A DNA stretch of 34,598 bases from Catajapyx aquilonaris (taxonomy: Eukaryota). Position numbers and translations under genes: made by a program. Where the stretch lies: the NCBI GenBank assembly GCA_000934665.2, contig JYFJ02004120.1:1-34598 (forward strand), given 5' to 3'. Positions 1 through 11,800 of the stretch are shown piece by piece (position 1 is the first letter of the stretch; every line of letters starts with the position of its first letter). The notes beneath the pieces were generated by a model. It had not been told where the DNA came from. It did no database searches and was given only the letters and a program-made list of their open reading frames with translations.

Positions 1-1845
1 TTGGATCTTGGGGAAGAGCATCCGCTACCAGGAGGTCTGGTCCTGGTGTATAGATAACAGCATAGCTGTACCGCATCAGACGAATCCTCAGCCGCTTCAA
101 CCTCGGGCTGAGGTCATCTAAATTCTTGACTGCTAGTATTCTGCAAAGTGGCTTGTGGTCAGTTTCTAGGGTGATATGACTGCCCACAATGAAATCGCGA
201 AATCTGTCACATGCCCAGGACAGTGCTAATGCTTCCTTTTCAAGTTGGGCATAAGACCTCTCAGCGGCAGTTAAAGTTCTGGAGGCATAAGCTACTACAC
301 TGTGCTCCCCTCCTGAATCATTTTGGAAGAGCGTTGCCCCCAGTCCATAAGATGATGAATCCCCTGACACTGTTGTCTTCTTAGATGGGTCATATAGTGA
401 CACAACTGGACTCGATGACAATCTTGACTTCAAGGCATCAAAGGCAGTCTGTTGAGCGCTGTCCCAAGTCCAGCTTACTTTTTTCTTTAAGAGATCTATC
501 GAAGGCTGAAGAAGAGTCGCCATGTCTGGTATAAACCTACCCAGGTAATTTGCCATGTACCCAGGAGGCGACGCAAACTTTCCATATTCTGAGGAGGATG
601 CATCTCGGTAATAGCTGCTACATTTTGAGAATCCACCTTTATATAACCCCCAGACCAAGGTCATGGCCAAGAAACTTGACTGTTGGCATTGAAAAGACAC
701 ACTTTTCCCTTATTCAACGTCAACCCTTCTTCACGAGAACAGTTAAGCACCTGTCGCAACTTTACGTTGTGCTCATCCTGTGACGTTCCCCAAACCAGGA
801 CATCGTCTAAATGGCATATCACTCCTGGAATCCCTTGGAGAAGTCGGTACATTCGGGATTGAAAGTGTTCCGGAGCTGACGTGATCCCAAAGGGCAGGCA
901 ATTAGAGTGAAACCTCCCAAAGGGTGTGATAAACATAGTCAAGTGAGAAGACTCTTTCTCTAATGGAATCTGCCAGAATACACTATTTGCATCCAGCTTC
1001 GAATATGTTCGAGCTCCAGCCAGTTGACCCAACGTGTGTTCAACAGATGGGATGGGGTGATTTTCCCGCAACACATCGCTATTCAGGAGTGAAAGGTCGA
1101 CACAAATACGAATGTCGCCATTTGTCTTCGGTACAATCACCATCGGAGCGCACCAGTCCGTTGGCTCTGTCACTGAAGAGATCATGCACAGTACCTGGAG
1201 TCCTCGACGGTCAGGTCTATAGAGATGCTTCCGCGGACAAGAAGCGGAAAGGTTTTGAAATGTTTCCTGCAGCAACTCTCTGGTAGAACCGTGGGGTCGG
1301 CCCCAGTGTCAATCTTGAAACGCACATGTGACTTGTGAACTCGAGGAGTCACTTCACTCAACAATGGAAGTAAACAGTCTCAACAAAGGAACACTTGTTT
1401 ACTTTCATTTAATTCATTGTTATTACGTGCAATTTCAAAATTCAATTACTCTTGAACTAAGCATTTCCGTACTCCAGGAATAGTGTCATTCGACTCAGCT
1501 CATCGCGTAGATCCAGGAAATATACAGAAACCTGCAAGACTTTTGCGGCGCTAAACTGCACCGAAGCCGAACCTGATAATAGGCTGCCATATTCAAAATT
1601 CCTGGCACTCCAGCAACAGGATTTACACTGTCCCCGCCAGTCAACTTGCAACTTCGAAGTTTAATGGAGCGAAGTCCCTGTGACGTTACTCACAACGACC
1701 AGGAAAACCATGTACCACTTGTACTGCTGCCACTGTGTTGTGTTAGGAGGGAGCTATTGAAAGACTCGACTAGGCTTTGGAATGTCGTCTATCAAGTTTA
1801 ATCAACAATGTCATGCAATCAACAATCTGATGCAAACTTAATCAG
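1..1845 (-). mobile_element. Degenerate Ty3/Gypsy (Mag / K02A2.6-like) LTR retrotransposon, running off the left edge
   Basis: Minus strand: protease FKIDTGAD (1182-1364 ORF); RT motifs WCAPMVIVPK, IRICVD, SKLDANSVFWQIPL, LPFGITSAPEHFQ, HLDDVLV (661-1275); RNase H DSSSYGLGA..VAYASRTL..YAQLEKEALA..TDHKPL (<480). Frameshifted. A PBS-like TGGCAGCAG at ~1724-1732 lies next to a probable LTR end; the right boundary is approximate. Confidence 0.9.
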
Positions 1846-2501
1846 GGGTGTGTGTAAGGATTATCGTTCGTGATTTTCGTCGTTCCGTGGCGTCATTGTG
1901 TCGTTTTGCTGTCCGGAATGGACAGGTTTCCGTATTTAGCGGAAACATGTTCATTCCGGAAAATTCCGGCTGCACTCGCTTTCATTTCGGAGAATACCGC
2001 GAATGCATGACCTGTCCATATGTCCGTCCGTTCTTTAAAAAAATTCGGAATGGACAGGTTTCCGTTACACTCAGGGTCCGTTATGGACAGGTTTCCTCTA
2101 TATTCGACATGGAGTATACCGCGAATGCAAGACCTTGTCCATATGTCCGTTCTTTTAAAAGAATTGGGAATGGACAGGTTTCCGTTACACTCAGGGTCCG
2201 TTATGGACAGGTTTCACTTATTATAACGACCTGATTTTGCCAGAATTGAGTTCTCGACCCTGAAAACATGTGAAATGACACCAGAATGACCACCGTAGCC
2301 CAACAAATACGCAGATAACATGCGATTTTCACTTATGCCACATATAAAACTTTGCGGGGGTGTACAACAATATATTACCAGACACCTTTGGAGGTGGCTC
2401 CAACCCTCAAAATGCTCCTTATGGTTCGTACATCACGAAAAATAAATTAAAATCGCTTTTGGCTCGAAGTGCATAATACTTTCAATAAGCTGCCGTTCTA
2501 A
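1846..2501. mobile_element. DNA-transposon terminal/subterminal remnant with internal repeats
   Basis: Non-coding. The motif ATGGACAGGTTTC recurs about 5 times. The conserved lectin-intron sequence (acagcactttaatttttgaac) resumes abruptly at ~2503. Family not assigned. Confidence 0.45.
1989..2217 (+). repeat. Imperfect tandem duplication, ~122-bp period, 2 copies
   Basis: ggag(a/t)ataccgcgaatgca...ggaatggacaggtttccgttacactcagggtccgttatggacaggtttc starts at 1989 and again at 2111. Confidence 0.85.
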
Positions 2502-2577
2502 TGACAGCACTTTAATTTTTGAACATGTGTTGCTGGTGTTAAATACATTCCTTTGAATTTCACATTTCAATTTTCAG

Positions 2578-2805
2578 AGCATTTGTTTAAACACATGTGG
2601 ATTGGACTCGAGGTTCTGAAGAATCCAATCAACTATACATGGAGTGATGGTACTCGTGTCATGGATGAGGGAAATCTCCCTTGGGGACCCGGTGAACCCA
2701 ACAGTGATGAAGAGAAGTGCGGAGAAATGACCTACACTGGGCACTTGAACGATAACAGTTGCTCCAATGAAATTAACTTTGCCTGTAAATTAACAGACGT
2801 GACAG
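2578..2805 (+). CDS. CTLD C-half exon C1, unit 1 (EPN..LND)
   Basis: ttttcag|AG...ACAG|gtaaat, 228 nt; HMWIGL..WSDG..GEPNSDEEKC..LNDNSC..NFACK. Confidence 0.9.
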
Positions 2806-5800
2806 GTAAATATGGGTGTTAATACTGATATTTTCATGTCCTTAGAAATGTTTTACATGGATTGGTTCCATTTTTAGGAACATGTCCGCGCAACTGGAAC
2901 ACAATAAACACGAATTGCTACTTCTTTTCGACTGTCAAGCTCAGTTGGAATAAGGCGAATGTAACGTGCAAGAGCAAGGAAGAAAGTGCAGATTTGGTCA
3001 GACTCAGTTACGAAGGGGAGCAGTCTGAACTAGCAAGTAAGTCATTCTTAGACAAAGAATTACCTATGGCTTCAACATAAATAAAAAATCACTGTAATTA
3101 ACCTGGACTGTTTTTGAGGTGAAATGGTTGAATCTGTTTGGATGGCCGTAGAAGCTAACATAGAGACAAATGAGTCAATAATTTGAAAATATGTTAAAAC
3201 TTGAACCAACAAAGTCACAAAGGTTTATTACTTTATCCTGAATGGAATATCATTTTGTCCAATATTTATTCTGATGTACTCTCATTGATGTGCCAGAAAA
3301 CTGTCTTTGTCTATTAGAGCAGATTCCACATTGCAGTAACTTACATTAATTTTTGAACATGTGTTGCCAGTGTTCAATATAGTTCGTTAAAATTGCATAT
3401 TTCAATTTTCAGAGCATATGTATGATCACATGTGGATTGGACTCGAGGTTCTGAAGAATATAATCTACTTTGGATGGAGTGATGGTACTCCAGTGGATGA
3501 GGAAAATCTCCATTGGAAAGAGGGTGAACCCAGCCGGAATGGAGAGGAGTGCGTAGAATTATTCTGGAATGGGAACTTGAACGATATTATGTGCAGCATG
3601 GAATTGAACTTTATCTGCAAATTAACAAACCCAGAGGGTAAATATGAGTGTTAATAATGATATTTTCAGGTCCTTAGAAATGTTTTACATGGAATGGTTC
3701 CATTTTTAGGAGCATGTCCGCCTGACTACTGGAAGACTATAAGTACGAGTTGCTACTACTTTTCAACTGTCAAGCGCAATTGGACAGCTGCAATTACTTA
3801 TTGCAAGAGCATGCAAGAAAGTGCAGATTTGGCCAGTTTCCATTACAAAGAAGAGCAGTCTGAACTAAAAAGTAAGTCATTCTTAGACGAAGTACCTATG
3901 GCTTCAACATAAATAAAAAATCACTGTAATTTACCTGGACTCTTTTCCAGGTATAGTGCTTGACACATTAACCACCTCTGAATATTTTTTTCCCGTTGGA
4001 GACGACGCTGCGTTACCTGGCAACCCCTGCCTGCGGGCAAATTCAAACATCAGCATATGGAGAGTGCTGAGTGTTCTTTTCATTGTTGTCACTGTTTACA
4101 AAGAGAGAGTGACGCAGACACCCCAACGACGGGTCTCAGCCTGCTTACACATCAGTAGCAAGGGATACGCAGGGAAAAACGGGAAAATTATGATGTTAGA
4201 AGCAATCCTCTTTGGGAAAAGGTTCCCCGCTGGACTCAAAGAAAGGTTTCCGTCCACAGCACACGTAATTCCATCCGGCATAGGAGAGCGGGGCACACCC
4301 CTTAATGGGGAAGTAGCCTTGGTCTGGGATTTGGGATTTTTGTTCATAACTAGCTAGCCCATGCCTGTAAACATACATTCCATCACTTTGTTGCATCAAA
4401 ATGACATTACTGAATAAATTACGGCACATGTAAAAGTGCCTTCAAAATTGGCGGGAAAAATGCCCCGGCCGGGTGGTGCCAATCGAAAGGGTACACCGAA
4501 ATGCCTGGTTGACTGCGAGATATGAGGAATTTGACTTTGAATTATCCGCGGACACGACGGAAAGCATTCGCAAGGCGGCTGCAGGCCAGCGAGGTGGAGA
4601 AAGGGGGCCCTCATGTGCTGAATCTGGGTGACAGATAATTCCAACCTGGTGGCATCACTGCCATGTACAAAGCGGCTTGAGCGACCTGGAATAAATACGC
4701 GCCCCGGCCGCTATCTTGCTCACGGAATGGGACGGTTGCTAACAACAGCAAAGCATTTTACGACAATGACGGGGCGCGTTCTATAACACCATTTTTGCGT
4801 TCATTTCACTTCGCGTGACGTCAACATTTTCTAGGCTAACAGTGACGTCACCATTAGCCTACATAAAAACCCCAATTACTCCGGAACTGAAACTGATATC
4901 TTAAAACGGAATATGCCAAAAAAATCCAAAAAATATGGGCGAATTTATTATGTAGTTTCCAAAATGAAGGCTACTTCCCCATTAACATCAGGGGTGCACT
5001 ACTTGAAAGTGCGTCAACTGACCGATTCTTTTGGTTCTTGCGTCTTTTCCCTCGTAAGTCGACACCTCTAAGACGAATGGAGACCATCCCCTGTATATCA
5101 GACATCATGTCAGTCTCACCTATAATTGTCTCCAACCCCTGTACAGTATACGTGATGTCATGTTAGTCCTGTACCTCGTGTCATTCGCGTCATATTCGCG
5201 CCAGGAAGAACTTCCTGGCGCGAATATGATTGGCACGTACTCTTATATGGGGAGGCCATTTTGAAATACGACATCTTATGGGGACAAATTACGAGACAGA
5301 CACGGTTCTGACATACCCCCTGCAGCAAGCAATATGGGGGCAACATTGGGGCAACATTGGGGAAGCCGGCGCAACATAGCCCAATATGGCCGATGTTCAG
5401 CCGTGATGTCCATGGGGACAGACACAGCAGAATATCGGGCCAAGATTGCGCCAACATGGAACGCCAGTGCGGGCTAATATGTGAAACATTGGCCGAACAT
5501 GGAAATCCATGTTCGGCCAATATTTGCTGCCTAGGTTGCAAGCCATGATGGGCCCACATAGGCGACATTGGCCCATCAACACCACCACGCCTACATTGCC
5601 ATGATTAAGCCGCCATTGCGGACATTGCGGACATTGCCAAGAAATTTAGCCATCCATTAGCCGATCTTGCGGATACATCGGCTCCACATAGGCAACATTG
5701 GCCAGTTGCAGCCATGTGGGCGTATGACTGGCAGCTTCCCTCGTCCGGATGGCGCTGCCTGTCGGTGTATTGTTGCAAGTCTTCTCCGATTTATCCCACA

Positions 5801-8800
5801 ACAATGCGAATTAATCTTGGCGATTACCCGTGTGTAAAAGTAGCAGGAAACTCCACTGCATGCGGCTCATTTACCCCCGAGGTACTTCATTGTGACATTA
5901 ATTTGCTCGAGTCGTTCGATGGCAAAGCTTATGGTGCGAGCAGGACAATCCGCTGTATGGAAAGGCGGTCATATAATTACTCTATCTCATACGCTTCTCG
6001 GTCTCTGGCTAAATAAAAGATAAAGGCACCCATTGAGTGGTCCTCTCGGACGAACTCGAGCATTGCGCCATTGCCTGCCAATGTTGGGATATATCGAGAA
6101 AAGTTGCAGCGGGCAACATTGCAGATTGCACCAATGACGGTGGCCAATGATGTCCCAATATGTATTTTCCAACATTTTTTGGCGTTTTTTTTCAGTTCAC
6201 GTGGATAGAGGACACGATCTCAAAGGAACCCAAGTGGAGATTTTCAGGGTCTCAACTCTCAAGCTGCTACCTTCAACCTCCGACCTCCGTGTATTTTCCA
6301 ACATTGGCTCCATGTTGGGTTGCCCATGTTGGGGTTGCCCATATTGGGCCACGTCCGCCTCCCAATGTTGGGATATATCGAGAAAAGTTGCAGCGGGCAA
6401 CATTGCACCAATGATGGTGGGCAATGCTGGCCCATTAATGGTTTCCATGTTGTAGCCAATATTGCCCCAATATAGATTGCTGATGGGGACAGGGCATGGT
6501 CTCCATACGTCTTAGGGGTGGTCTAATTATGCGGAAAAGACACAAAAACCGAAAGGATCAGTCAGTTGACGAACTTTCAATTAGCCCACCCCTGATCTTA
6601 ATTGACAACCCCTCCTCATGGGTGGAATATATTTCGTGTGCTGTGGGCGACAACCTTTCTATGGCTATTTTCTCACGAGGCCACCCTGGACGCGCCTAGG
6701 TGGCACCACCACGTCTTTGCAATTCTGCAAGTGGAGCCTTTCGCACGTGGTGGTTGGCAGTGCTGCCCACGCGCAGCCAGAAATGATTGTGGGGGGCAGG
6801 GTGACTTTCGACGCTCCAGCCTCTGCCAGCTGGCTGCATCGCCACGTGTTTGCATTGAATCATATGAAGCCTTTCACAGGAGACCCGACTTTTCTTACGG
6901 CCAGCTGTGCCGACTAATTTATGCGGCAGAGCTGCCATGGTGTGAAAGTAGCCTTTCAGTCCAGTGATAATTTTCCCAAAGTGGATTGCTTCTAACAGCA
7001 TTATTTTCCCTGTTTTTCCTGCATATTCCTGCAGGTACTGTGTAAGCAGGTAGAGACCCGTCGTTGAGTCGTCCGCGTCGCCCTCCATCTCTGTAAACAG
7101 TGGCAACAATAGAAAGGACACTAAGGACTCTCCATATGCTGATGTTCGAATTGTCCCGCCGGCCAAGGTTGCCAAGAAACACAGTGCCGTTGCCAACGGA
7201 AAAAAAACATTCAGCGACAGCTAATGTGTCCAGCACTGTATGTATAACGGTTGAAGCGATTTGGATGGACATAGAAGCTAACGTAGAGACAAATAAGTCA
7301 ATAATTTGCAAATATATTAAAACTTGAACTAACCAATTCACGAAGGTTTATTGCATTATCCTGTAAAGATTATCATTTTGCCCAATATTTATTCTGATGT
7401 ACTCTCATTGATGTGTCAGGAAACTGTCTTTGTCTATTGGAGAAGATTCCGTATTACAATAACTGACATTAATTTTTGAACATGGGTTGCCGGTGTTCAA
7501 TACATTCCTTTGAATTGCATATTTCAATTTTCAGAACATTTGTTTGAACACTTTTGGATTGGACTCGAGGTTCTCAAACCAATCTACTTTGGATGGAGTG
7601 ATGGTACTCCAGTGGATGAGGAAAATCTCCATTGGCTGACGCTTGAACCCAGCGGGGGTGGAGAGGAGTGCGTAGAAATATACAAGAAAGGGGAATTGAA
7701 CGATGCTGGGTGCTCCTTGCCATTGAACTTTATCTGCAAATTAACAAACCCAAACGGTAAATATGAGTGTTAATAATGATATTTTCAGGTCCTTAGAAAT
7801 GTTTTACATGGATTGGTTCCATTTTTAGGAACATGTCCGCCTGACTGGAAGACTATAAGAATGAGTTGCTACTACTTTTCAACTGACAAGCTCAATTGGG
7901 AGGATGCGAAGGAAAGGTGCAAGACCAAGCTGCAAGGAAGTGCAGATTTGGTCAGTTTCCGTTACAAAGAAGAGCAGTCTGAACTAAAAAGTAAGTCATT
8001 CTTAGACAAAGTACCTATGGCTTCAACATAAATAAAAAATCACTGTAATTTACCTGGACTGTTTTTGAGGTGTAGTGCTTGACACATTAGCCACCTCTGA
8101 ATGTTTTCTTCCCCGTTGGAGACGACGCTGCGTTACCTGGCAACCCCTGCCGGCAGGGCAATTCAAACATCAGCATATGGAGGGTGCTTAGTGTTCTTTC
8201 CATTGTCGTCACTGTTTACAAAGAGAGAGTGATGCAGACACCCCAACGACGGGTCCCAGCCTGCTTACACATCAGTAGCAAGGGATACGCAGGGAAAAAC
8301 GGGAAAATTATGATGTTAGAAGCAATCCACTTTGGGAAAAGGTTCCCCGCTGGACTCAAAGAAAGGTTTCCGTCCACAGCACACGTAATTCCATCCGGCA
8401 TAGGAGAGCGGGGCACACCCCTTAATTAACATCAGGGGTGCACTACTTGAAAGTGCGTCAACTGACCGATTCTTTCTTGTTTTTGTGTCTTTTCCCTCGT
8501 AAGTCGACACCTCTAAGACGAATGGAGACCATGCCCTGTATGTCAGACACCGCGTCTGTCTCACCTATTATCGTGTCCAACCTGTGTACAGGGTACGGGA
8601 TATCATGTTAGTCCTATACACTATACACTATACACTATGCAACGCAACATAACTATGCAACACCTCCCCCAGTAGAAACAAACTTATGGTACGTAGTCTT
8701 CCAAAGCTGTGGGAAGCTGCTGGGCCCTCTGCGGTCGTCACTCCGGCCGCGGTGCAGACACGGGACTCCCGTCTGTGAACTCTGGATCTGCCTTTGGTAT

Positions 8801-11800
8801 CCTAGGGCGCATATGGTCCACATGCCGACGCATCTCCTGTCTGGCAGATGTAACAGTACTGTTGGTCCTGGGGCCTTCAACTGCAGACACCACTCCAGGG
8901 ATCCATGACTCCGGTTTCTTGATGAAATCTTGCACGTAAACAGCGTATCCCGGTTCGAAGTGTGGGTCCTGTGACGTTTAAGAATGATACTTTCTCTCTA
9001 GTCTGATGGTCATTTCCTCAGACAAATCCGGATACAATCGGTCGAGGGCAGTGTGAATCCTCCGACCCATTAACATCTCCGATGGCGACCGTCCTGTAGA
9101 TGATGTTGGTGTCGTGTGGTGTGCTAGCAAAAATCGAGCAACTTTCATCTTAATGTCACCTTCACTCATCTTCGCCAGCGCCTCCTTTGTAGTCTGTACC
9201 ATTCTTTCTGCTTGTCCATTAGAAGCTGGATGATACGGTGGCACTAGAATTTGACGAATGACATTCTTCTCTGCAAACTCTTGCATCTCTCGCGAAGCAA
9301 ATGTTGCACCGTTGTCGGTAACCATAACATCGGGCAGACCGTGCGTTGCAAACAGTCTACGTAGCTCAATGATGGTGGATGTAGCGGACATCGAGCGCAT
9401 GGGCAGCACCTCCAGCCACTTGGAGTACACGTCCACTACAATCAAATAAACGACACCGTTGTGTGGTCCCGCGAAGTCCATGTGTAAGCGGGACCATGGT
9501 TTCTTGGGGTACTCCCAAGGATGTACTGGGGCTTTTGGTGGCAAGTGCCGTGTAGCTTGACACTTGTCACAAAGGTGAACGAATTGTTCCACTTCTTTGT
9601 CCAGTGGACGCCACCACAGATAGCTACGTGCTGATGCCTTTATGTGGCTTATGCCCGGGTGTCCCGCATGAAGTAACGTCAATGTGTCCTTCCTGGCTTG
9701 AGCAGGGATGACAACGCGAGTACCCCATAGCACGCACCCATTGTGAACAGACAATTCAGATGACCTTGTCCAGTACGGTAGCAGCTCCAAGTCATCAGGT
9801 TTGCTTGTAGGCCATCCCGAGAGACAGTAGCGCAGAACCTTATTCAAAGTTTGGTCCTTTGTGGTAAGTGCGGCAATGGATTTCGCACCCAGGGGAGACT
9901 GCGGAACGTATTCCAGTAGCAAGACTTCCATAGGGTCAGGTACAGCACAGTCAGGAACCTTCAGAGGTAATCTGCTGAGCCCATCTGCGTGTCCAATCTT
10001 CTCTCCTGGTCGGTGTACTTGCGTATAATTGTAGAACGCCAGCATTAGGATCCAACTCAACATTCTGGGGGAAACTACTGTTGGAATGGGTTTGGCAGAC
10101 TGCAGTATAGTCCCAGCAATGGCTTGTGGTCAGTAACAAGAGTGAACGTACGTCCAGCTAAGTATCTGTGGAAATGTTTCACCCCGTACACCAGTGCGAG
10201 AGCCTCCCTGTCTAACTGAGAAAAGTTTCTTTCACTCCCATGTAATGTGCGGGAAGCAAAAGCAATGGGGGCCTCGTGACCATCTGGAAGTAGGTGAGAA
10301 AGTGCCGACCCTACCCCGTACGGTGAAGCGTCGCAAGCTAGCAGCAAGGGTTTCTTTTCGTCGTAATGCACAAGTACCTCCAGCACTCTTTCCTTTGCCG
10401 CCTCGAACACCTTCTGGTGGTCCTTGGACCAATTCCACTTCGCCTTCTCATCTAGGAGTCGACATAATGGCTCCAACAGGGTAGCTCTATCCTTGAAGAA
10501 TGTCCCGCAAAAATTTAACAGACCCAAGAATGAGCGCAGTTCCTTCACGTTTGTAGGTTAAGGTGCTGCTCTGATGGCTTCTACCTTGTCCTTGGCCTGG
10601 TGCGTCCCAGCAGCATCTATCTGATAGCCCAGGAAACGAACAGTCATCCACTCCAAAAGCACATTTCGTAGCGTTGACCTTCAGTCCAGCATCTTGCAAG
10701 AAGTGTTTGTCCCAGTCCATTTACCACCACCAAAGGCAGCGTAGTTTTCTTCCCCTGGTGCTTTACCTTCATGTCTGCAACACCTTTCATTTGTATAGTG
10801 TTTGATGACCCCACGCCTGTAGCACCACAGAGGCACAGACGTAGGACGTAGTGTGGGTGGATTAACTGGCCACAACCGTTGAAAAGTGTCCGTTCCAATT
10901 ATGGACACATCTGCACCGGAATCGACTATCATGTCGACTTGTCTACCCTGCAGCAACAAACGCGTCTTGCATTTAGGTGTGGTTTGAGTTGTTCCCACCT
11001 GGTAAATATCGTACATCTTTCCATCCACGGAGAGGGTTGGCACTTCATTTGTCTCCACCAAAGTTGGCTTTGATCCTTCTGCATTTGTTGTTCTCTTGGA
11101 CATGGATGAAGCAGTCATCACGTCTTACCAGCAGACTTCTTCTTTAGCAAACAAACTTTCTCCATGTGGCCCAGTTTCTTGCAGAAGTTGCATGTAATGC
11201 CCTTCCTTTTGATGTGGCCTTGATGATTGCCTTGTGATGTGGGCTGCCGCAGCGGTAGCACACAATCTTGGTATAGCTTCGACCCTGCACACCTCTTTGA
11301 CACGCAGAGAAGCAGAATCCTGCTCTGCTGTTTCTACAGCAGCAGCAATTTTGTGTGCCATGTCGAAAGTGAGAGTAGTGTCCTCCAGCAACTTACGCTG
11401 AATCTTCTCATCTGCAATACCCACCACAAGCTGATCTCTCAGTCGATCACTAATTATGTCCGAGAAGTTGCAGTGTTCCGTCAGTCTACGTAAGTCGTTC
11501 ACATAATCACTAACAGATTCTCCTAGCTGCTGAAGTCGACGGTGAAACTTGCATCGCTGCACAATCTCTGACGGTGTGGGGTTGAAGTGGACTCCTACTG
11601 CAGCTCTGACATCATTGTAAGACATGTCAGACAGTTTCTTCGGAGCTACCACTGCACGTATGGTATGGAAAGTACAGAAAGTACAGAACTTGTCAGTGTC
11701 GTGCTTACGTTGGGGCGTAACAAGCTACGGCCTTATTTTTATTGTTGCTACGCTCAAGAGCACATCCTGGAGGCCCGGCGCAGTGGCCACATGACAGCAG

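Larger units (their letters stand above)
3954..7238. mobile_element. Non-autonomous Tc1/mariner-like foldback element with long imperfect inverted arms, carrying two nested insertions
   Basis: Termini TA|tagtgcttgacacatta ... taatgtgtccagcactg|TA. 3954-~4250 is inverted-similar to ~6950-7238, and 4981-5110 to 6489-6605. No transposase ORF. Confidence 0.8.

Noticed and set aside
1915..2217. CRISPR-like array (ATGGACAGGTTTC repeats)
   Set aside because: The intervening sequences are themselves duplicated and irregular, there are no cas genes, and the context is eukaryotic.
661..3036. Diversity-generating retroelement (RT next to variable C-type lectin folds)
   Set aside because: The RT is a frameshifted Ty3/Gypsy pol with protease and RNase H. 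The lectin repeats are spliceosomal exons that differ at all bases and by indels, with no invariant template repeat and no adenine-restricted variation.
3956..4357. Paralogous ORFs at 3956, 6919-7341 and 8184 as a protein family
   Set aside because: The similarity comes from the inverted and duplicated arms of one non-coding foldback transposon, and the frames are not conserved.
5317..6488. Cluster of short ORFs and CAACATTGG repeats as a gene or array
   Set aside because: Bounded by TIRs and a 2-bp TSD with a visible empty site, so these are subterminal repeats of a non-autonomous DNA transposon.
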